DNA from: Candidatus Parcubacteria bacterium
GTDB lineage: Bacteria; Patescibacteriota; Minisyncoccia; Phycocordibacterales; GCA-2747955
Assembly (NCBI GenBank): GCA_027039745.1
Contig: JALUMP010000114.1
Coordinates: forward strand, 1 to 26,523
Direction: 5' to 3'
Length of the DNA stretch: 26,523 bases
Shown here: in pieces, positions 1 through 9,578 of the stretch
Layout: each line of letters opens with the position of its first letter
How positions within the stretch are numbered: the first letter of the stretch is position 1
The notes under the pieces: generated by a model
Databases searched by the model: none
What the model was told of the DNA's origin: nothing
Seen by the model: only the letters and a program-made list of their open reading frames with translations
Translations under genes and position numbers: made by a program

Positions 1-1
1 C

Positions 2-484
2 TTCTATAAAATAAGATTCTTTTTTTTGATAAGTTTCAATGATATCTGTTAATATTTTTAAAATATGATTTTTTCCCTTTTTTGGTAAAAATATTTTCCT
101 TTCTTTTAAACCACTAAAAATTGCACCAACTCTATCACCATTTTTAATAGCAGAAAAAGCCAATAAAGCAAACGCTTCCAACATATTTTCAAATTTTCCA
201 ACCTTTTGAGATTGAAAATAAATTGCTGGTGAAAAATCAAAAACAAAAAATAAAGTATTATCTCGACTTTCCTGATATTTTTTCACAAAGACCTTCCCTT
301 GTTTTGCTGTTGTTTTTCAATCAATATCACGAATATCATCATTCAAATCATAAGGTCTAATATCAGCAAACTCAATTCCCCTTCCTTGAAAAACTGAACG
401 ATAATTTCCAACAAAGAGAGAGTTGATTTTATTCTGACTAGAATATTCTATTTTTTTTACCTTTTTTAAAATTTTTTTTAACAT
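2..484 (-). CDS. DUF58 family protein (MoxR-associated), 3' partial, table 4
   Basis: ATG at 484; MLKKILKKVKKIEYSSQNKINSLFVGNYRSVFQGRGIEFADIRPYDLNDDIRDID[TGA 317-319]KTTAKQGKVFVKKYQESRD matches the DUF58 G.EF...R.Y...D..R.IDW motif; open to window edge; directly downstream of moxR. Absent from the ORF track. Confidence 0.92.
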
Positions 485-488
485 AATT

Positions 489-1478
489 TTATGGTGTTTG
501 GATTGTATTTAAAATTTCATCAATAATTTTATCTGAATTTATATCATCAGCCTCAGCTTCAAAAGATAAAATTATTCTATGCCTTAAAATATCATGGGTT
601 ACTGCCTTCACATCATCAGCATTAACATAATCCCTTCCTTCAAATAAAGCATTAATTTTAGCAGCTTTTAGCAAATTAATACTTCCACGAGGAGAAGCTC
701 CAAATAAAATTCAATTCTTCAAATTTTCTAAATGATATTTTTCTGGACTTCTGCTTGCATCTACAATTTTTGTAATATATTTAATAATTACGTCATCTAC
801 ATAGACAGACTTTACTAATTTTTGATTTTTTAAAATTTCCTTTTCATTAAAAACTTTTTCAATTTTATCAAAATCTTGTTTTTCAATTTTATCTAAAACC
901 ATTTTTTCTTCTTCTAAATTAGGGTAGGTCATATCAACCTTAAAGAAAAATCTATCAATCTGTGCTTCTGGAAGTGGGTATGTTCCTTCTTGCTCAATAG
1001 GATTTTGAGTAGCCAAAGTCAAAAAGACTTTTGAAAGTTTATAAGTTTTTTGACCAATTGTGACCTGTCTTTCTTGCATTGCTTCAAGCAAAGCTGATTG
1101 GACCTTTGCAGGGGCACGATTAATTTCATCGGCTAAAAGTAAATTTGTAAAAACAGGACCCTTCTTAACCGAAAAAGATTTATCTTCCATATTGAAAATC
1201 TCGTTTCCAATAATATCTGATGGAAGCAGATCTGGGGTAAATTGAATTCTTTTAAAATCTAAATCAGCAACTTTAGAAAGTGCTAAAACAGAAGTAGTCT
1301 TGGCAATTCCTGGCACCCCTTCTAATAAAATGTTTCCTCTTACAAATAAAGCTTGCAAAAGTCTATTTACTAAATTTTCCTGACCTACTAAAATTTTTGA
1401 AATTTCTTTTTTAGCTTTTTGAATTTTTTCTTGAAATTTTTTAATTTCTTCACTATTTATTTTTTGTTTTTCTGTCAT
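489..1478 (-). CDS. moxR: MoxR family AAA+ ATPase, 329 aa (table 4)
   Basis: ORFs 711..1478 and 489..674 are in one frame joined by TGA 711-713 (LKN-W-ILFGASPRGS); Walker A EGVPGIAKT, RIQFTPDLLPSDIIG, LLADEINRAPAKVQSALLEAMQERQVT, ATQNPIEQEGTYPLPEAQIDRF; ends TAA. Confidence 0.96.
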
Positions 1479-1586
1479 AATTTTTCTATCTTACTTTTTC
1501 TATGACAAAATTATATAAAACAAAAATGAAGAAAAAATGAAGATATTGCTATCAACCTTCATTTCAGATATTTAAATGAGAAAAAA

Positions 1587-3812
1587 TTATAAATCACACC
1601 CTAACATACTATTAGCTTGTTTTTTTGTATACTTAAATCAATTCCCTGTTGGGCTAACAAGACCTAAAGGTTTCAGAATTTTATCCGAATATTTAGACTG
1701 AAAGTCTTTTACAGCTTGCTCTGTTATACTACCAAAATACCCAGTATCTTTTTGATATTTAAAATAACCTTTTTTTCTTAAGAAATTCTGAACCTTTTTA
1801 ACTTCTCCTCCCCTATCACCTCTTTTTAATTTCTTTCTAAAAATCTCACAACTTTTTCCACTCTGTGTTTCTTGCTTGTCTTTTAATAATTTTAAAAGAT
1901 GATCGATTTGTTTTTGAAGTTCTTTTTTAACATCATCACTATTTTTATCTGAGGTTTTATATTTACACAAAGATTGTCTATGAAGCCCTTTCTTTTTATA
2001 ATTCAAAGCTTTAGGGTCTTTACACACTTTCTTTTTTTTAAAACTCTTTGGTCTTGATCTTCCTGTTTGTCCAGAAGATACTATTACATGTCTTATCACT
2101 TCTACAGCAGAATTACCAGCAGAATCATCAACATTGTATGTTACAGGATAGTCTCCAGCGACATTAGTATTAACAGGATTATTAACAATAATATTGGCAG
2201 TAATATCACCATCAACATCATCGGTTGCTGTTGCTCCTGCATCAAGATAAACCTCTCCAATATTTAAATTAACCACTGGACTTCCAAGAAGAGAAATAAC
2301 TGGAATATTTTCATCTAAATCAATTATAGAAATTATAAAAGATTTTTGATAAGTTCCACCGTGTCCATCATCTGTTTGTATTCTAATAGAGTATGTATTG
2401 TTTCCTGCTGTATCTCCAAGATCTGTTGGGTTTTCAAAATCTGGAGTAAAAGCTAATTGTAGGTTTGAACCAGATATTTGGAATTTTGCATTATCTTCAT
2501 CACCTACTCCAGCTACAAGCGTGTAAGTATGTGAATCTCCTACATCAATATCGGTAGTGGTAATTGTTGCTATACTTGTTCCAGAAATTGTTCCTTCGTT
2601 TACATTATCAGTATTTCCACCATCTATCTGAATATTTGTTGGACTAGAATTTGTATCATAATTGATATTGATATTGTCTATTTCAACTGCTTGCATCCCG
2701 TTTGATGTTAGAAAAGATTTAACATAAATTTTATTAGCTGTGGTTGGGAATGTTGAGATGTTTGTGTTTATACCAGCTTCAGTGTTGTAGTCTGTAGCTC
2801 CTGCATTTACTCAAGCTGCTCCATCTCAATATTTTCAAGTTATGCCGTCTTCTGACAATTGATATGCTAAACTACCGCCCACTACTCCCCCTGTAACCAC
2901 AAAATTATTAAAAATAGAAATAGTCCCAGTATCTCCGCCATTTTTTGTAATAGAAAATACACCACTTTCGTATTGAGTAACTTCTTTTCCATTTCCTGCA
3001 TTATATAATTCAGAAATTTCAGCTGGCAAAAGTGCTCTATTTCAAACAGCAGTTTCATCAATTTCTCCTGAAAATTTACCATTATATGTCGCATGGACTC
3101 CAGACCCAGACACATCATTATATCTTCCGATTAAAAATACATTATTTTTATCAAAATCTATCGCACTATATGCCGAAATATCAATACTGCTTTTAAAAAC
3201 ACCATCAATATACAGGCTCATATCTCCATCACGATCAAAGACAGCTATCGCCTGGTGTCATTGGTCATCCAAATATGGCCCAGAAGGCACTCCCGTTATC
3301 TTATTTGCAGCACCTCCATCAAACATTATACGAAGCTGACCAGATGAAAAATATAAAGCATATCGTTCGTCTTGCCCAGAATAAAAAGATTTTGCTACTA
3401 AAATTCCTCCAGCGTCTGTTGTTTTAAATCAAGAACTTATGGTCATATCACCTAACCCCATATTCATCATAGAGCCACTACCTTGAAGATAATCATTTTC
3501 TACAAAAGTTAAAGCGTTGTTTAACTTACCAACACTTCCATAACTTGCATTATGGTTTACTAGGTTATTTCCATTACCAGAACTATCTACGATTTGTCCA
3601 GCTATATCGTCCATTTTTCAATATCCCTGTAAACCACTTCAAAGAGAAGATTGTTTTATTTTTGCTAAACCACCAACAACTTCGATTTCACTATCCATTG
3701 TGTAATTAGCAGCTGTAGAAAATGGAGTTGTAAAAACGGCAGCAAAAATAGTTTGCCAAAAGAAAAATAACAAAAATAATAAACTCCAAATAAAAATATT
3801 AATCTTTTTCAT
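1587..3812 (-). CDS. Secreted/surface protein, 741 aa: signal peptide, LamG-like jellyroll, cadherin-like domain, Ig-like (DUF5011-type) domain, Cys motif, C-terminal peptidoglycan-binding domain
   Basis: Single frame from ATG 3812 to TAA 1587-1589 with 9 in-frame TGA (3639, 3618, 3429, 3258, 3042, 2835, 2826, 2811, 1638) giving GLQGYWKMD, TISSWFKT, DQWHQAIAV, IDETAVWNRAL, TWKYWDGAAW; cadherin-like DFENPTD..YSIRIQTDD; Ig-like YLDAGATATDDVDGDIT; CKDPKALNY..CKY; LKRGDRGGEVKKVQNFL..TGYFGSITEQAVKDFQ. Confidence 0.9.
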
Positions 3813-3887
3813 AATCAATGATATTAAGTATTATACCTGAAAAAAAAATACATCAAAATACCCAAAAAAAACAAAAATAATATAATC

Positions 3888-4109
3888 TTATATTTTAATC
3901 TCCAACATTTTGTTTGGTCTATGGTGCCCAGAAATGATTTTTATTTTTTTTTGATCTACTTTTAAAAAAAAGGCGATATCGGTCAACATTTCTTTATTAG
4001 CAAAATTCTGTTCTGCTTTACTTTTTACTCAAATTTCATATTTTTCCTCATCTATTTTTTCAATATGTTTTTTTTTAGATTTTGGATGTAATTTTATTTT
4101 TATAAACAT
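3888..4109 (-). CDS. DUF167 (YggU-like) family protein, 73 aa (table 4)
   Basis: MFIKIKLHPKSKKKHIEKIDEEKYEI[TGA 4029-4031]VKSKAEQNFANKEMLTDIAFFLKVDQKKIKIISGHHRPNKMLEIKI-TAA; pattern I.V.P.SK...I....E....V...A..N.AN..L...IA..L.V....I.IISG.....K is DUF167-like. Absent from the ORF track. Confidence 0.82.
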
Positions 4110-4115
4110 AAAATA

Positions 4116-5198
4116 TTAAAAACCTGCTTTTTTTAATTCTTCAAAAAGTTTTTTGTTTTTTTTTGAAATTTTTGTTGGAATGTCAATTTTAACTTTTAAT
4201 ATCATATCTCCTCTTTTTCCATTTGGCTTTTTAAAACCATAACCTTTCACTTTTAGATTATCTCCATCTGAAATACCAGCAGGAACTTTTACTTTGACCT
4301 CTCCATCAATAGCCTCGACTTTTTTTATTCCGCCCAAAACAGCATCGGAAATAGAAATTTTTATTTTAGAATTAATATTATCTCCATCTTTTATAAATTT
4401 TGAATTCTGTGGAACAACAATATGTAAATATAAATCACCAGCCTGAGCCCCAAAGGTAGCATTTCCCCCACCAGAAACCCTCAAAACAGAACCTGTTTCT
4501 ACTCCGGCTGGAATCTTAATGTCTATATCTTCTTTGCTTCGTATTATCCCCTTACCTGCACACACAGAACATTTCTTTTCTGGTATTTTTCCTAGACCAT
4601 GACACTCGGAACATGTTACTCGCACCTGGCTTACTCCAAAAATAGTTTGTCTAGTTTCAACTGTTGAGCCAACTCCGTTACATTTTGAACATTTTTTTGT
4701 TTTTTTATCTTTCGCTCCTGTGCCACCACATTCTTTACATTCTATATCTTTTTCAATTTTAATAGTTTTTTTTGTGCCAAAGACTGACTCCTCAAAAGAA
4801 ATTTTAAGCTCTACTTCTATGTCAGTACCTCTTTGCTGTCGAGTTTTATCACTCCTAGAACCACCACCGAACATATCGAAAATATCTTCAAAATCAAAAC
4901 CTCCAGCACCACCAAAACCGCCTTGTTGCGCCCCACCAAAACCAGAAAAATCAAAGCCCCCCATTCCACCTTGCCCAAAACCAGCTCCAGCATCAGCACT
5001 TCCAAACGTGTCATATTGTTGCTTTTTCTTATCATCAGATAATACTGTATAAGCTTCATTTATTTCTTTAAACTTTTTTTCATCTCCGTCCTTTTTATCA
5101 GGATGATATTTTTGTGCAAGACCACGAAAAGCCTTTTTTATCTCTGTTTTTGAGGCACTTTTGTCTACACCTAATACATCGTAATAGTTTTTTGTCAT
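4116..5198 (-). CDS. dnaJ: Molecular chaperone DnaJ, 360 aa
   Basis: J domain with HPD (YHPDK), G/F-rich linker, four CxxCxGxG zinc-finger repeats, C-terminal domain; TAA stop. Confidence 0.98.
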   Translation of the reverse strand: MTKNYYDVLGVDKSASKTEIKKAFRGLAQKYHPDKKDGDEKKFKEINEAYTVLSDDKKKQQYDTFGSADAGAGFGQGGMGGFDFSGFGGAQQGGFGGAGGFDFEDIFDMFGGGSRSDKTRQQRGTDIEVELKISFEESVFGTKKTIKIEKDIECKECGGTGAKDKKTKKCSKCNGVGSTVETRQTIFGVSQVRVTCSECHGLGKIPEKKCSVCAGKGIIRSKEDIDIKIPAGVETGSVLRVSGGGNATFGAQAGDLYLHIVVPQNSKFIKDGDNINSKIKISISDAVLGGIKKVEAIDGEVKVKVPAGISDGDNLKVKGYGFKKPNGKRGDMILKVKIDIPTKISKKNKKLFEELKKAGF

Positions 5199-5235
5199 TT
5201 GAATTTTTATTTAGTTTTGATATTATAACAGAACA

Positions 5236-5481
5236 ATGCAAAAATTTAAACATCACCCATCAGTTGAAACTAAATTTAAACAAGGAGGAATTGATATTGT
5301 TCTCACTATCATTATTCTTTTTGGGATGTCTGTCTTTATTGCTATTTGATATTATCAATATAAAGTCAATCCACAAAGCACAATAGAAGACCAAAGAATG
5401 AAAGATATGCAAATAGAATACAACAGACTAAAATCAGAAATTAAAAAAATACAAGACGAACAAGAACCAACAAAAAAATAG
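5236..5481 (+). CDS. Small single-TM hypothetical protein, 81 aa, possibly pilin-like (table 4)
   Basis: MQKFKHHPSVETKFKQGGIDIVLTIIILFGMSVFIAI[TGA 5347-5349]YYQYKVNPQ...EPTKK-TAG; hydrophobic helix then coiled coil; fills the intergenic gap and ends at a hairpin. Confidence 0.7.
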
Positions 5482-5498
5482 CAACGTGCTATTTTTTT
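5472..5498. terminator. Probable bidirectional intrinsic terminator
   Basis: AAAAAAATAGCA-ACG-TGCTATTTTTTT inverted repeat with A/T tails between convergent genes ending at 5481 (+) and 5518 (-). Confidence 0.7.
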
Positions 5499-5517
5499 TA
5501 TCTTATTTTTTTAAATA

Positions 5518-6228
5518 CTAGTCTCTCCCCCCACCAAACAAAGACAGTAAAGATTGAAAAATAGCTACAAAATTAATATACATATGCAAAGCTCCTAAAA
5601 TTGTGTATCTTCCATAATTTTTTTCATCATTTTTTACTCCATGATAAATGGCCTTGTAAGCCTGATTATCATAAATCGTAAGAGCAGAAAAAACAATCAA
5701 AACTACAACAGAAATAACCATATTAAACAAAGATGAATGAAAAATTAACATATTTAAAAATGACATCACAATAATAGCTATTGTAGTTGGGGCTAATACT
5801 GCACCCCAAGATGACAAGTCCATTTTTGTTCTATAACCCATTACGGCTAAAACAATATACAAAACAATAGCTCCTGCAAAAGTTTGAATAATAGTGTCTA
5901 TGCTATAAATTGCAAAAATCACAGACATGGTAACACCATTTACAGCTGCATAAGCCAGAAATAGAGCTGTAGCTATCTGTGGAGTAACTTTGTTGATAAT
6001 AATCTGGATACCAAAAACCAACAAAAGCTCAATCCCTATTAATCCATAAAAAAATATTTGTGCAGAAAAGATAAAATCAAAAGCATGAGTGTAAATAGTA
6101 ATACCTGCAAACAAAGCGGACATAAAAACACCAATTGCCATTCACTTATAAATACCTGCAAAAAAACTAGACAAACCTAAATCTATTTGTTCCGCTCTAC
6201 TTTCTAAAGAAACATTTTCATTATCCAT
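5518..6228 (-). CDS. BAX inhibitor-1/YccA (YbhL-like) membrane protein, 236 aa (table 4)
   Basis: ATG 6228; FFAGIYK[TGA 6142-6144]MAIG corresponds to family F...VY.WM..GL; several TM helices; C-terminal GALHMYINFVAIFQSLL; TAG stop. Confidence 0.92.
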
Positions 6229-6273
6229 AATTTATTAAAATTTTAATTTATAATTTTCAAAATTATATCATAT

Positions 6274-6618
6274 CTAACTTTCTAATGTTTGTGGTATAAA
6301 AGTATTTTTTATCTCTTCAAACTGCATTTCATAACTGGCTGTGTTTTCACCTATCTCTTTCAGCTTTTGTATTTCAAATTCTAAATCTTTAATGGCAAAT
6401 CCAACCATATAATTTTTACTTTTATCATTTATATAAGATTGAGTCTCAGCTATTTCTTTCTCTACGTTTTTTATTCTAATTTTTCTCTCAGTATTTAAAA
6501 AGAAATTATGAACAATATTTGAACTTTTAAAAATAAACTGCAAACTTTTCAATCAGCCATGTTTCATTTTCTCTTGATCTACAACTCTTCCATTGTATTT
6601 TTTTTGTTCTATACTCAT
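6274..6618 (-). CDS. Hypothetical protein, 114 aa (table 4)
   Basis: ORF 6274..6552 extends through TGA 6553-6555 to ATG 6618 (MSIEQKKYNGRVVDQEKMKHGWLKSLQF); TGG-TATCAT box 7 nt upstream; no recognisable domain. Confidence 0.6.
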
Positions 6619-6759
6619 AACAAATATGATACCATTTATATTAAATAACGTCAATATCAACTTTCCACTTATTCATAAGTTAATATCAATTTAAAAATCA
6701 TTAAAGCTATGGTAAAATAACCACCTTATATAAAATATAACCCGATCATCTAAGAGTGG

Positions 6760-6791
6760 GGATAAAAAGAAAATTTATTTTCTTTTTATCC
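6760..6791. repeat. Perfect 15-bp inverted repeat upstream of tRNA-Gln
   Basis: GGATAAAAAGAAAAT-TT-ATTTTCTTTTTATCC, followed by TGAAACGAAGTGAA mini-hairpin motif at about 6796-6810. Confidence 0.8.
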
Positions 6792-6837
6792 TATCTGAAA
6801 CGAAGTGAAAGAATTTTTAATGTTTTGTTTTCAAAGC

Positions 6838-6908
6838 TACCATGTCGTCTAATGGTAGGACAACGGGTTCTGGTCCCGTTAATCTAGGTTCGAGTCCTAG
6901 CGTGGTAG
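6838..6908 (+). tRNA. trnQ: tRNA-Gln (anticodon CTG), CCA not encoded
   Basis: Acceptor TACCATG/CGTGGTA, D arm GTCTAATGGTAGGAC, anticodon stem ACGGG/CCCGT with loop TT-CTG-GT (6870-6872), T arm CTAGG-TTCGAGT-CCTAG, discriminator G. Confidence 0.95.
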
Positions 6909-6933
6909 CTTTGAAAAGAAAACGAAAAAATAG

Positions 6934-6978
6934 GGGTTCCGGTCAGGTCAATCTAGGTTTGAGTCCTAGTCTGATAGC
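6934..6978 (+). pseudogene. Degenerate copy of the 3' half of tRNA-Gln (att-like scar)
   Basis: GGGTTCCGGTCAGGTCAATCTAGGTTTGAGTCCTAGTCTGATAGC aligns to GGGTTCTGGTCCCGTTAATCTAGGTTCGAGTCCTAGCGTGGTAGC of the tRNA; anticodon stem broken, T loop TTC changed to TTT, no 5' half. Confidence 0.75.
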
Positions 6979-7111
6979 ACGAAAAAGATTAAACTACTTA
7001 ACACCACATCAGGTTTTTGTTGAGAAAAAAAATCCGTCTAAAGTGTTGCACTTCAAAGGTTAATTTAAGCTTTTAATTTGCCATTTATCATTTATATTAT
7101 ATAATAATTTT

Positions 7112-7861
7112 ATGAATCAAAATAAAATTGTATGCGTAATGACTTTCAAGCAAGGTAGTCCAAACAACTCCATTGAAAAAACTAGAAGTGAAGTATTTTT
7201 TAATACAGCGCAAAAAATATTAGATAAGGGGCATCTATTAGTTGTTGTCTATACTGAAACCCAAGAGGCTGTGTTGAAAATGCTCAAACAACTTGGTGTA
7301 ATTATGATTGATCAACAAGCAACAGGGATTGGCAATATTCGCAGAGAAGCACTATCAAAAGCTTCTGAATATTTTCCAGAAGCTCAATACTTTTGCTGAC
7401 TTGAACCAGAAAAACCAGATTTAGTACAATTTATTGAACCCATGGCTTATAAAATGCAAAAAGAACAATCTGTTTTTGGTATTTTTAACAGAACTGATAT
7501 GGCAAGCTATCCACCAGAACAAGCATACTATTATCTTTTTTGTCGTGCTGTGGCAAGCCAACTGATTGGCTTTGATATTGACTATGCTTTTGGACCCATG
7601 ATGATGACAACTAAAACAATTTCATATTTCTTAAAATATTCAGGTGATAACTACGGTGATAAATGAGACTCAATTTTGGTTCCTCGGTTACATATAATAA
7701 AAGACAAATTGAAAATTTCAATATTACCAATAAATTTCAAAAATGATAAAAGAATGACTGATATAGAATCTGGTAATACCACCATGATCCTCAAAAGGTT
7801 AAAACAATTTAACAACGTTATTCCTTCTCTTGTTAACGAATGGAAACTTCTTAATAAATAA
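7112..7861 (+). CDS. Hypothetical protein, 249 aa, probable GT-A (glycosyltransferase family 2-like) fold (table 4)
   Basis: Three track ORFs (7112..7399, 7442..7666, 7676..7861) lie in one frame joined by TGA 7397-7399 (YFC-W-LEPEKPDL) and 7664-7666 (YGDK-W-DSILVP); beta/alpha pattern with QQATGIGNIRREAL resembling GT2 N-termini; TAA stop. Fold call is inference. Confidence 0.72.
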
Positions 7862-7873
7862 TGTTTACTATAA

Positions 7874-7903
7874 AAAAACAACTAACCCTAGTTAGTTGTT
7901 TTT
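7874..7903. terminator. Bidirectional intrinsic terminator
   Basis: AAAAACAACTAAC-CCTA-GTTAGTTGTTTTT, 13-bp stem between convergent genes ending at 7861 (+) and 7918 (-). Confidence 0.78.
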
Positions 7904-7917
7904 CTAAAACCCATTAA

Positions 7918-8112
7918 TTAACCATTTACAAATGGAATCAAAGCCATAAAACGTGCTCTTTTGATTGCTTTTTCTACTTTTTTTTGATTTTTAGCAGAAA
8001 GACCTGTGTGTTTTCTAGCAATAATTCTTCCGTATGGATTTAAAAATTTATTGATGAATTCTAAATCTTTATAGTCAACGTGATTTATTTTATTATTATC
8101 TATTTTTTTCAT
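7918..8112 (-). CDS. rpsR: 30S ribosomal protein bS18, 64 aa, Cys-free (non-zinc) type
   Basis: [50 protein letters not shown]; conserved rpsF-ssb-rpsR order. Confidence 0.97.
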   Translation of the reverse strand: MKKIDNNKINHVDYKDLEFINKFLNPYGRIIARKHTGLSAKNQKKVEKAIKRARFMALIPFVNG

Positions 8113-8161
8113 AGTATGTTTTTTATTAATATCTTTTAATTTAAATTTAAATACAAGTTTA

Positions 8162-8267
8162 TAAATTTCTTATTTTTTGATGAAGTTCGCGGAGACAAGT
8201 AAAATTTTTCTGAGATGTATATGTATACATTGAAGAAAAATTTATACGAAGTCGACAAAGAAATTTA
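8162..8267 (+). repeat. Structured intergenic element between ssb and rpsR
   Basis: Outer arms TAAATTTCTT (8162-8171) / AAGAAATTTA (8258-8267); inner hairpin AAATTTTTCT-GAG-ATGTATA-TG-TATACAT-TGA-AGAAAAATTT (8202-8243) with a tandem GA/AG mismatch. Confidence 0.6.
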
Positions 8268-8286
8268 CCAAAAAATTAAATTTTAA

Positions 8287-8745
8287 CTAGAAGGGTATAT
8301 CTTCAGGGTTAATATCTTCTTCAGGATACTTAATCTCCTCACTCTTCCCCTCAGTTTGAGGCCCTTGAGCTTGTTGTTGTGGTGCTTGGTTGTAGTTTCC
8401 AGCAGAAGCTCCTCCTGGTTTTAGACCAAACTCAAATTTGTCCATAATAATTTCAGTTCGATACATTTTTTTACCACTTCCTTGATCTTCCCAAGACCTT
8501 GTTTGTAGTCTACCCTCTACATAAATTTCTTGCCCCTTAACAAAATATTGAGCAACTATCTCTGCTTGTTTACCAAAAGTTACAATATTGTGAAACTCTG
8601 TTGTTTCAACCTTACTTCCCTGTTGGTCTTTATAAGTATAATTAGTAGCTACAGAAAAATTTAAAACTTTTGTGCCACCATTTGTAGTTTTAAGTTCTAA
8701 ATCTTGAGTAATCCTACCGATTATCATTGCTTTGTTTAAATTCAT
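8287..8745 (-). CDS. ssb: Single-stranded DNA-binding protein, 152 aa
   Basis: MNLNKAMIIGRITQDLELKTT, VEGRLQTRSW, acidic tail ending DIPF; TAG stop. Confidence 0.98.
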   Translation of the reverse strand: MNLNKAMIIGRITQDLELKTTNGGTKVLNFSVATNYTYKDQQGSKVETTEFHNIVTFGKQAEIVAQYFVKGQEIYVEGRLQTRSWEDQGSGKKMYRTEIIMDKFEFGLKPGGASAGNYNQAPQQQAQGPQTEGKSEEIKYPEEDINPEDIPF

Positions 8746-8772
8746 ATTTTTTTATGTTATTTCCCCCAAAGC

Positions 8773-9498
8773 TTATTCTCCTCCGTTTAATTCGTCTTGT
8801 AATACTTTTAACTCATCTCATTTTTCGTCACGAGCAAGTCTAGCTTGTTTTGACCAAGATTTTGGGTCATATCTTTTAAGCCCAGCCTCTTCTAAAATGT
8901 CTCTCAAGTCTCCAACTTTTGAACCAGCTAAATCAACGTAAGTTGAAATATCTTTAGCATTCAACGCTTCTACTGTTTTTGGGCCAATACCCTCTATTTT
9001 TGTTAAATCATCTGCTTCAGAGCTTTTTGGAGCCCCTTCAGCCTCTTTTTCAACGACCTCTTCTTTTACTTCTTCTTTCTTAACTTCCTTTTTAACTTCC
9101 TCTTTTTTTTCTTCCTCAACCTCTTCTTCAGATTCCTCTTCAGATTCTACTTGAAATTTATTAGTCTCTGAATCATCTGCCACAGTTTTGACAATAAGAT
9201 ATCTAAAAATATCTTTTTTAACATTATCAACTGCTTTTTTAAGTGCATCAATATCTGAAGGAGCAGCTTCAAACTTTATTCAAGTAAAAAAAGCTTTATC
9301 AAATCTTTCATTAATTGATGCTATTTTGGTAATTATTTGATAAGCAAGATCAACATCTACAATCTCACCTTCGGAAATTACAGAAGCGTTTATCTTTGTT
9401 AAAAAACCTTTTAGTTTTTCAACTACTTTTTCAACCTTCTGTTGTGACAAATCAGGGTTTATCAACACCCCAATTTCGTAAATATTATTATTATTCAT
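8773..9498 (-). CDS. rpsF: 30S ribosomal protein bS6 fused to Glu/Lys-rich linker and helix-hairpin-helix (HHH_5/DUF4332-like) domain, 241 aa (table 4)
   Basis: ATG 9498; YEIGVLINPDL..LAYQI..FDKAFFT[TGA 9280-9282]IKFEA..IFRYLIVKT (S6) continues without TAA/TAG into ESEEESEEEVEEEKKEEV.. and DDLTKIEGIGPKTVEAL..DPKSWSKQARLARDEK[TGA 8818-8820]DELKVLQDELNGGE-TAA 8773-8775. Confidence 0.9.
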
Positions 9499-9578
9499 AA
9501 CGTTCGCTAGTATAGCATATTTCAACCTAAAGATAAATTACATAAAGGGCTCAAAGTATGTGCTAAAATAGCTTTTAT

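Noticed and set aside
4720-5386. Plus-strand and alternate-frame ORFs 4720..5052, 4817..5059, 4833..5042, 5114..5386
   Set aside because: Shadow ORFs of dnaJ and of the 5236..5481 gene, with no recognisable motifs.
6934-6978. Possible suppressor or tRNA-Trp(TCA) gene
   Set aside because: No D arm or 5' acceptor strand, broken anticodon stem and no TCA anticodon; the UGA-decoding tRNA is not in this window.
6842-7063. 73-aa ORF from the track
   Set aside because: It overlaps tRNA-Gln and its degenerate copy; its internal peptide repeat just reflects that duplication.
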